A stretch of DNA of 64,000 bases, taken from Lachnospiraceae bacterium (GTDB lineage Bacteria > Bacillota > Clostridia > Lachnospirales > Lachnospiraceae). Position numbers and translations under genes: made by a program. Below the pieces are notes generated by a model that did not search any database, was not told the origin of the DNA, and saw only the letters and a program-made list of their open reading frames with translations. The stretch's first letter is position 1. Each line of letters starts with the position of its first letter. This document shows positions 57,345 through 64,000 of the stretch, one piece after another. The stretch lies in the NCBI GenBank assembly GCA_024403615.1, contig JAKSRM010000008.1, forward strand, positions 273 to 64,272, written 5' to 3'.

Positions 57345-59171
57345 TTACTCTTCTACAGTTTCCTCTGCTTCCTCTGCTTCCAGAGCTTTTACAGCCTCTG
57401 CGATTTTCTCTTTCTTGTACTCAGCTGCATCTGGAGCTTCCTTTTCTTCCTCGGAAGCCTGAGCGATTCTTGCCAGTTCTTCTTCCTCAAGAATTCTGTA
57501 TGCAACTTTACCTACTAAGGTGGTTGGAAGAGAATCACGGAATTCAATATCATAAGGCATTGCATATTTTGCAATGTGCTTCTTACAATAAGCCATCAGC
57601 TTCAGCCATGTGTCTTCATTCTTTGGATAGCCTTCCTTCAGAACAACAAAAGCTTTTACTTTCTGCATCTTATAATCATCCGGAACACCGATAACACAGC
57701 TCATATGAACCATCTTGTTGGCATCTAAGATGTTCTCCATCTGTGCTGGATAAATGTTGTAACCGGAGCTAATGATCATTCTCTTGGAACGGCCTTTGAA
57801 GTATACGAAACCTTCATCGTCCATATATCCTAAGTCGCCAGTGTAAACCCAGGTCAGTCCGTCTGCATGTTTTCTTAAGGTTCTTGCCGTTTCTTCCGGA
57901 GCATCCATGTAGCACTTCATAATAGAAGGTCCAGCCAGAAGGATTTCGCCTTCTTCGCCGTATGGAAGTTCTTCTTCGGTATCCGGTTTTACAATCTTAA
58001 TAAAGGTATCTGGGAACGGAACGCCAATACTTCCCTCTTTTGCCATGGCTGGAGGAGTTAAGCAGCATGCGGTAACGGTCTCAGTGGTACCATAACCTTC
58101 ACGAACCTGAATGGTTGCATGATGATCATACAGGAATTTATCAAATTTCTTCTTCAGTTCGATGCTTAAGGAATCGCCGCCAGAGAATACACCCTTTAAG
58201 CAGCTAAGGTCTGCCTTCTCCATGGAAGGAAGACGAAGAAGTGCTTCATAAAGAGTCGGTACGCCAGCGATAAAGTTGCACTGATATTTGGTAATCAGTT
58301 TTGCATAGCTCTGGGCAGTAAATCTAGGAACTAAGATGCAACGTCCGCCGTTGAACAGCATGGAGTGGATGCATACGCCTAAGCCAAAGCCGTGGAAGAT
58401 TGGCATTGCTGCCAGCATCTTATCGCCAGGGCGGAACATTGGGTTTACGCCGGTAATCTGTGCGCCCAATGCGTTAAAGTTCTTATTGGTAAGCTCGATA
58501 CCCTTTGTGGTTCCTGTGGTTCCACCGGAATAAAGGATAACTGCGGTCTCGTCTGCGTCTTTATGTACTTCATAATTCCAGAAGCAGGACTTTCCGATGT
58601 TCATGAAATCGTTCCAACGAACGATTGGAGCATTTTTCGGAATCTTCTGGATTTTACGTCCTTCGGTCAGCATGTAGCCCGCACGAATTGGACGAGAAAG
58701 TTCATCTTTAATGCTGGCAATAACCACGTTCACCAGTTTGGTGTTCTCGCGGATTGCTTCGAATTTGTTGTAGAACTGGTCTAAAGTAATAACAGTAACA
58801 CTGTTGGATTTGTTAATGTAAAATTCAAGCTCTTTCTCAGCGGAGAGAGGATGAACCATATTTGCAACTGCGCCGATGCAGTTGATTGCATAGAATGCGT
58901 AGATAGCCTGAGGGCAGTTTGGAAGAGCGATAGTAACGCGGTCGCCTTCTCTTACGCCTAAGGTTCTTAAAGATTTTGCACAACGCTGTATTTCGGACAG
59001 CATCTTTCTATAAGTCGTCGGTCTTCCCATGAAGTCAAAAGCCGTGTAGTTCGGATATGCTTCTGCAGCTTTCTTTATTCCTTCGTACATAGTGCCTTCG
59101 AAGTAGTCAAGATGGAAAGGCAGTATTCCTAAGTGGTCTTTCCAAGGTGTTTTTGCTGTAATCTGTTCCAT
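57345..59171 (-). CDS. AMP-dependent synthetase/ligase (long-chain acyl-CoA ligase-like) with an acidic C-terminal tail
   Basis: AMP-binding motif 'YSGGTTGTTKG' and 'GDLGYMDDEGF'. There is a C-terminal extension of about 50 aa rich in Glu/Ala/Lys. Confidence 0.85.
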   Translation of the reverse strand: MEQITAKTPWKDHLGILPFHLDYFEGTMYEGIKKAAEAYPNYTAFDFMGRPTTYRKMLSEIQRCAKSLRTLGVREGDRVTIALPNCPQAIYAFYAINCIGAVANMVHPLSAEKELEFYINKSNSVTVITLDQFYNKFEAIRENTKLVNVVIASIKDELSRPIRAGYMLTEGRKIQKIPKNAPIVRWNDFMNIGKSCFWNYEVHKDADETAVILYSGGTTGTTKGIELTNKNFNALGAQITGVNPMFRPGDKMLAAMPIFHGFGLGVCIHSMLFNGGRCILVPRFTAQSYAKLITKYQCNFIAGVPTLYEALLRLPSMEKADLSCLKGVFSGGDSLSIELKKKFDKFLYDHHATIQVREGYGTTETVTACCLTPPAMAKEGSIGVPFPDTFIKIVKPDTEEELPYGEEGEILLAGPSIMKCYMDAPEETARTLRKHADGLTWVYTGDLGYMDDEGFVYFKGRSKRMIISSGYNIYPAQMENILDANKMVHMSCVIGVPDDYKMQKVKAFVVLKEGYPKNEDTWLKLMAYCKKHIAKYAMPYDIEFRDSLPTTLVGKVAYRILEEEELARIAQASEEEKEAPDAAEYKKEKIAEAVKALEAEEAEETVEE

Positions 59172-59261
59172 GACATTTCCTCCTTTTCACGATTTCTAGA
59201 TTATAAACGATTGCATTTTTAATGGCAATAGAAGGGGAAAAACATTATACACTGTGTATAA

Positions 59262-59299
59262 ATACGAATGGGCCTACGGAATTCGTAGGCCCACTCGTA
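59262..59299 (-). terminator. Long stem-loop / probable terminator downstream of the OYE-like gene
   Basis: gggcctacg-gaatt-cgtaggccc, extended by outer atacga/tcgtat arms. AT-rich sequence follows on the minus strand. Confidence 0.55.
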
Positions 59300-59321
59300 T
59301 TTATTACCGATATAAATTAAA

Positions 59322-60560
59322 TCAAGTGTGGAATACTTTTAATTTTCCTTTTTCTGCTCTTGTCTTAACCAGACATTCTGCTGCGAACTTGTTATTTACT
59401 ACGCAGCCAACTGGACTCTGCTGAATTAAGAGCTCTAAGCAAAGGTCACACAGTTTGCAAAAATGGATGTCGTCAATCTTGCCTTCACGAACCTTCTTTG
59501 GCAGATATGGGTCTGCTAAGGACTGACGTCCAAGAGCGATCATATCGCAAACGCCATCGTTGATGCACCACTCGCCATAATCAAGCAGATTGCTTTCTTC
59601 TGGAGTAACTGCGCAAAGACCGTTGTTTCCATCGCCAAATGGTGAGAAGTTGGAACCGATAACTACAGTTTCCGGCTTCAGGGCTTTGCGGAATTCTTTT
59701 GCCCAATACTGATGCAGATATGAGAAATATGGTACATGTTTGTCGCACTGGGTCAGGGAAACGGTGATGCCAGGGCTTCCTGCAGACTGTACAATATAGC
59801 TTGCGCCACGCTCTTCCAAGCCTTTAATAAGAGCGATAGGCTCGGTAAGGTCCATAACAGGAGAATGCGGTCCTTCTGTTCCGAATCCACCAGGGAATCC
59901 TTCCCATGCAGAAATCTTAGAACCAATCAGGAAATTCTCATCTGGGATTTCTTTACGGATGCGCTCCATCAGTTCATATGGGAAACGAGTACGATTCTCC
60001 CAGCTTCCGCCGTATTTCCAATTTCTGTCATTGTGTGGACGAATCATCTGGGATCCTAAATATCCATGGCAGAGCTTCAGGTCGATTCCGTCTGCGCCAC
60101 AGTCGTAAGCGATTTTCGCAGATGTTACGAATTCATCCATGATATGGTCTACATCTTCTTCAGAAAGAAGTTCTCCGCCGTATCCTGGAAGAGGGTTTGG
60201 GGTTACTCTTCTGGAGAATGCTGGTTCCGAAAGTTCTCCAGAGTGTGTCAACTGGAATACAACAACAGACTTTGGATTTGCTGCATGAACCTTATCCATG
60301 AATGCTGTTAATGGTTTCAGGTTCTGAGGCATGATCATCAGCTGATTGTCACGAGCACGGCTCTCTCTGGTAACAGAAATAGCTTCCAGAGTGATCAGTC
60401 CTGCTTCGCCCTGTGCCAGGTCGATGTATCGGTTTGTTGTGTTCTCGGATGGATTACCTGTAGGATCTTCCATATTTGTTTCCATTGCCTGAATGAAAAA
60501 TCTGTTCTGCAATGTTCTAGGGCCAACTTTGATAGGCTCTAATAATTTCTCATATGCCAT
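59322..60560 (-). CDS. NADH:flavin oxidoreductase (Old Yellow Enzyme family) with a C-terminal four-Cys motif
   Basis: OYE-type TIM barrel ('FQLTHSG', 'GADGIDLKLCHGYL'). The C-terminus has 'CKLCDLC-x11-C', resembling the Fe-S linker of enoate/2,4-dienoyl-CoA reductases, but no FAD/NAD domain follows. Confidence 0.75.
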   Translation of the reverse strand: MAYEKLLEPIKVGPRTLQNRFFIQAMETNMEDPTGNPSENTTNRYIDLAQGEAGLITLEAISVTRESRARDNQLMIMPQNLKPLTAFMDKVHAANPKSVVVFQLTHSGELSEPAFSRRVTPNPLPGYGGELLSEEDVDHIMDEFVTSAKIAYDCGADGIDLKLCHGYLGSQMIRPHNDRNWKYGGSWENRTRFPYELMERIRKEIPDENFLIGSKISAWEGFPGGFGTEGPHSPVMDLTEPIALIKGLEERGASYIVQSAGSPGITVSLTQCDKHVPYFSYLHQYWAKEFRKALKPETVVIGSNFSPFGDGNNGLCAVTPEESNLLDYGEWCINDGVCDMIALGRQSLADPYLPKKVREGKIDDIHFCKLCDLCLELLIQQSPVGCVVNNKFAAECLVKTRAEKGKLKVFHT

Positions 60561-60578
60561 AATTGTTCCTCCCGTTTA

Positions 60579-61718
60579 TTATTCTTCAACTTTCATCCAT
60601 TTTTGTTCTTTGTTACTTTCATATATCTTCTCGCAGAGAATCATTTCATGTACGCCATCTGCGAAAGTAGCATAATTATATTCTTTGTCTTTGTTTTCGA
60701 TGCTCTCGTATGCTTCCCGGAAGCCCTGCTTAAAAGCGTCTACAAAGCCTTCCATATGTCCGAACGGATAAGCGATTAACGGCTTGGTATTTGGATGAAC
60801 AGTCATGATGCCCTTCTCCAATACTTCGTTAAAGCTGTCGCGGTTTCCGATGGTCAGGCTGTTTACTGCTGCGCTGTTCCACTCTGCAGATTTCTTATAG
60901 CCACCTACTAACAAATCGATGGCTACCGATTTTCCTGCAATTACCTGAGAGAAGAAAGCACAGCCTTTGGCACCGTTTTCAAAGCGCATCATAACGCTGG
61001 CATTGTCCTCGGTGTCGATTGGAACTGGGTCATATTCCACTTCCTCGGACTGATCTGCGAAGGACAGAACCGTTCCTTTCGGTTTTTTGTGGAATGGATG
61101 AATGGTCTGGAAGTCTGCGCATACTTCCGTAATCTTAAGTCCTGTAACGAACTCTGCCAGATCCATCCAATGAGAACCAATATCCGCAACAGCTCTGGTG
61201 TTTCCGGATACAGCGCTTTCCAATCTCCAGCTGTAGTCGGTATCGAACAGCAGCCAGTCCTGAGTATAGGAGCCTTGAATGGTAAAGATTTCACCCAGTT
61301 CGCCGTCCTTAATGATATTCATCATATGATTGGTCATTGGATAGAATCTGTTGTGGAAATTGATTGCTGCTACCAAGCCAGTTTCTTCTGCCTTCTTCTG
61401 CATCTCTTTGGCCTGTTGGATGGTAACTGCCATCGGTTTTTCCAGAATTACGTTTACGCCATGATCCATGGCATACATTGCAATTTCGTAATGGGTAGCG
61501 TTTGGAGTACAGATGTGAACCACGTCCAGATTCATGGTATCAATCATTTCCTTGTAGTCTTCGAAATAGTTTGGCACGTTAAACTGTTCCGCTACCTCTT
61601 TTGCCATAAAAGTATCGCTGAGTGCAACTACTTCTACGTTTCCTAAACGTCTTACGGTTTCAATATGGACTTTTCCTATAAATCCAACGCCGATGACGCC
61701 TGTACGGTAAACCCTCAT
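60579..61718 (-). CDS. Gfo/Idh/MocA family oxidoreductase
   Basis: N-terminal Rossmann 'GVIGVGFIGKVH' and 'EKPMA' motif. Confidence 0.85.
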   Translation of the reverse strand: MRVYRTGVIGVGFIGKVHIETVRRLGNVEVVALSDTFMAKEVAEQFNVPNYFEDYKEMIDTMNLDVVHICTPNATHYEIAMYAMDHGVNVILEKPMAVTIQQAKEMQKKAEETGLVAAINFHNRFYPMTNHMMNIIKDGELGEIFTIQGSYTQDWLLFDTDYSWRLESAVSGNTRAVADIGSHWMDLAEFVTGLKITEVCADFQTIHPFHKKPKGTVLSFADQSEEVEYDPVPIDTEDNASVMMRFENGAKGCAFFSQVIAGKSVAIDLLVGGYKKSAEWNSAAVNSLTIGNRDSFNEVLEKGIMTVHPNTKPLIAYPFGHMEGFVDAFKQGFREAYESIENKDKEYNYATFADGVHEMILCEKIYESNKEQKWMKVEE

Positions 61719-61736
61719 AAAAACCTCCTATACCTT

Positions 61737-63212
61737 TTATTTGTTCGCTAATAAACTGCAAAATTCTTTATAATGTTCTTCCCAAAGCGGATTTCCGTCT
61801 GGGTAATATTCTTTGATTTCGATGGTGTTTCGAATTAAGTCACGGCCTGCTTCAATATCCGGAATCTCTCCCGATGCCACCATCTGAGTAATAATGTTTC
61901 CAAGAGAAGCTGCATCCTCTGGACCGGCAATCACCTTCCGTCCACAGATATTTGCTGTAAGCTGGCACATCATTTCGCTGTTAATTCCTCCGCCGATCAT
62001 GTTAATGACTTTCAGCGAAGTTCCTGTAAGACGTTCCAGGGTTTCCATGGTCATGCGGTATTTGAAAGCCAGACTTTCGTAAACTGCTGCCACAGTTTCA
62101 CCTATGGTTTGGAAACTCTTTCCGTAAAGTTTGTTGCTGCCTTCACAGACTTTCGAGAACATATTTCCCGGCTCGAAGAACTCTGGTGCATCTACGTCGA
62201 TAAAATGGTCCTGAAGTCCTGCTTCGATGGCCAATTTCTCCAGTTCCCCAAAAGACATCTCTTCGTTTTCCAGATTGTATTCCCGCAACATTTCCTGGAT
62301 AATCCAGGTTCCCATAACATTTTTCAGCAGACGATGGTGCTTGCCTCGATAGCCGCCTTCGTTGGCAACATTGGCCTCAAAGCCTTCTTGCTTAATTACT
62401 GGTCCTTCCGCTTCCATACCAACCAGACACCAGGTTCCGGTGCTGACGATAGCGCTGTCTTCGCCTCCGATGGACGCTAAGAAAGCCGACGCCGTGTCAT
62501 GCTGACATACGGTATATACTGGGAAGCCCTTGGTTCCTACAGTGTCATTAAATTCCAGACTGGTCTTTCCCGTGAGATTTCCCGGCATGGAAAGAGGCGC
62601 TAATATGTTCCGGTCAATTCCATATTTTTCCATGACCAGATCCGACCAATCCATTTTTCCATAGTCAAAAAACTGGGAAACGGAAGCCGTCGTATATTCC
62701 GTCTGTTTCACTCCCGTCAATTCATACAGAAGATAATCCGAAAGGAACAGCATTTTGTCCGCAACACGATACGCATAGTCTGCATTCTCCACCTTTGCCG
62801 CGTGGATATGGTTCAAGGCATTGAACACAGCGTTCTGGTTACCATTTACACTGTAAAGTTCCTGCCGGCTCATGACTTGATAAAAAGCCTCTTCGTTTCG
62901 CGTGGTTCTAGCATCGCGGTAGCAGAAAACTGGTGAAAGAATTTCGCCTTTTTCATCAATCAGCACATGGTCGTTGCAGAAGCTGTCTGCACCAAAACCA
63001 GAAATGTCGTCCCCCGTAAGTTCTACGGCCTTTTTAATTCCTTCTTTCAGGTTCTTGGAAATGGAACGGATGTCCCAATACAAGTTTCCATCTTCCTCCA
63101 AAGGCTGATTCGGAAACTGATGGACCTTCTGAAGCTTCAGTTTGCCGTCTTCAATTTTCGCCAGCAGGAGTTTGCCACTGCTTCCTCCCAGATCAAATGC
63201 CAGATAATTCAT
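61737..63212 (-). CDS. FGGY-family carbohydrate kinase (rhamnulokinase-like)
   Basis: 491 aa. The N-terminal 'LAFDLGGSSGK' ASKHA phosphate-1 motif and overall length are like RhaB. Confidence 0.75.
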   Translation of the reverse strand: MNYLAFDLGGSSGKLLLAKIEDGKLKLQKVHQFPNQPLEEDGNLYWDIRSISKNLKEGIKKAVELTGDDISGFGADSFCNDHVLIDEKGEILSPVFCYRDARTTRNEEAFYQVMSRQELYSVNGNQNAVFNALNHIHAAKVENADYAYRVADKMLFLSDYLLYELTGVKQTEYTTASVSQFFDYGKMDWSDLVMEKYGIDRNILAPLSMPGNLTGKTSLEFNDTVGTKGFPVYTVCQHDTASAFLASIGGEDSAIVSTGTWCLVGMEAEGPVIKQEGFEANVANEGGYRGKHHRLLKNVMGTWIIQEMLREYNLENEEMSFGELEKLAIEAGLQDHFIDVDAPEFFEPGNMFSKVCEGSNKLYGKSFQTIGETVAAVYESLAFKYRMTMETLERLTGTSLKVINMIGGGINSEMMCQLTANICGRKVIAGPEDAASLGNIITQMVASGEIPDIEAGRDLIRNTIEIKEYYPDGNPLWEEHYKEFCSLLANK

Positions 63213-63221
63213 GTTCTCGTC

Positions 63222-63860
63222 CTATTTCAATGTTGGTATAGTGTAATCGCCAACTGCCTCAACGGCTGCTCTGCTTAAGTTGCAGAATGCGTCACATTCG
63301 ATTCTTTCCAGCATGCTGTATGCTTTATAAATGCTGTCGCCGGAGCATACGATACCGTGGTACTGCATAATGGCACCGATCGGTTTCTTTACTGCCAGTT
63401 CCCGATGCTCTTCCCAGTAGTTATAAACACCGATGGATAGGTCTTTGGAATAAGCCTGCTCCCATGGAATTACGCCAACTTTTCCTCTGCCCATGGTCGC
63501 TTCTGTAACGTTCGGGATTTCATGTCCGAAAGCTACAAAAGGCATGCAGTAAAACGGATGAGCGTGGATAACTGCTCCGATTTCATCAAAGTTCTTGAGA
63601 ATCAGCACATGCATCAAAGTTTCTCTGGATAATTTTCCAGTTCCCTCTAAAATATTCTGATCATAATCGATGAGCAGGAAGTCTTCTGGCTTCATGTTGC
63701 AATGTTTTTCCTCGGACATCATCGATGGAGAAAGAAGGATACGATTTTCCGCTACTTTTACGGAGAAGTTTCCGCCGGCTGCGTTGGTCAGACGCTTATC
63801 CCACATCATTTTTGCAACTCTGCACATTTCAACTCGCATATCATAAAATGATAAATCCAT
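63222..63860 (-). CDS. Class II aldolase/adducin-domain protein (fuculose/rhamnulose-phosphate aldolase-like)
   Basis: 212 aa. 'GGNFSV' and metal-binding 'HAHPF' motifs. Confidence 0.8.
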   Translation of the reverse strand: MDLSFYDMRVEMCRVAKMMWDKRLTNAAGGNFSVKVAENRILLSPSMMSEEKHCNMKPEDFLLIDYDQNILEGTGKLSRETLMHVLILKNFDEIGAVIHAHPFYCMPFVAFGHEIPNVTEATMGRGKVGVIPWEQAYSKDLSIGVYNYWEEHRELAVKKPIGAIMQYHGIVCSGDSIYKAYSMLERIECDAFCNLSRAAVEAVGDYTIPTLK

Positions 63861-63917
63861 TGTTTTCCCTTTCTGGGCTTTTTCAGTCCATTGTTTTTAT
63901 TTCATTTTCAGGTCCGA

Positions 63918-64000
63918 TTACAGCTCGTTCATCTGAACCTGACTCTTTAATTCCTCTGCCCGCTCTGGATCAAAGCCTACCGACAATTCGCTTTCTGCAC
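63918..64000 (-). CDS. 3' end of an unidentified minus-strand CDS (continues beyond the window)
   Basis: The frame is open from the window edge to TAA (63920-63918) and encodes ..AESELSVGFDPERAEELKSQVQMNEL*. It is co-directional with the sugar-kinase operon. It is too short to classify. Confidence 0.3.
   Translation of the reverse strand, partial: AESELSVGFDPERAEELKSQVQMNEL

Overview
This 64-kb window looks like chromosome from an anaerobic Firmicute. A Clostridia/Lachnospiraceae-like acetogen or gut anaerobe is my inference from the protein families and the roughly mid-40s %GC. It is densely coding, mostly on the minus strand, and I saw no transposase, integrase, phage, CRISPR-Cas or recognisable defence genes.

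**Main blocks**
- **nt 3-11257, corrinoid methyltransferase island.** Eight URO-D/MtaA-family genes, six of them one ~341-aa paralogue family (five in a head-to-tail array), surround a single B12-binding corrinoid protein and a single pterin-binding methyltransferase. This is the architecture of an O-demethylase-type methyl-transfer system with a strongly expanded substrate-specific component.
- **nt 11465-19732, miscellaneous genes.** Adenine deaminase, DUF2974, a VanY-type peptidase, a TauE-family exporter, an AAA-CYTH fusion, a beta-helix lipoprotein and an aldo/keto reductase.
- **nt 19869-20340, tRNA and repeat array.** tRNA-Ser(CGA) sits next to an unusual non-coding array of seven copies of a ~24-bp element at strict 42-bp spacing, four direct and three inverted.
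- **nt 26961-42703, energy-conservation supercluster.** A nine-gene V-type ATPase operon whose proteolipid carries a Na+-site signature, then NusG-II/Gx-transporter genes, rnfCDGEAB and apbE.
- **nt 42750-49634, housekeeping genes.** dCMP deaminase, rpiB, a catalytically dead LMW-PTP, tsaC, lgt, rsmA, tatD and metG.
- **nt 49827-54520, surface-polymer O-acylation cluster.** Two SGNH hydrolases, DUF4358, MBOAT and DHHW.
- **nt 55070-59171.** PucR regulator, an E2-like acyltransferase and an acyl-CoA ligase.
- **nt 59322-63860, putative sugar-phosphate catabolic operon.** OYE flavoenzyme, Gfo/Idh/MocA oxidoreductase, FGGY kinase and class II aldolase.

The best candidates for something new are the expanded methyltransferase island and the phased repeat array. 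All functional calls come from by-eye motif and family recognition; no searches were run.
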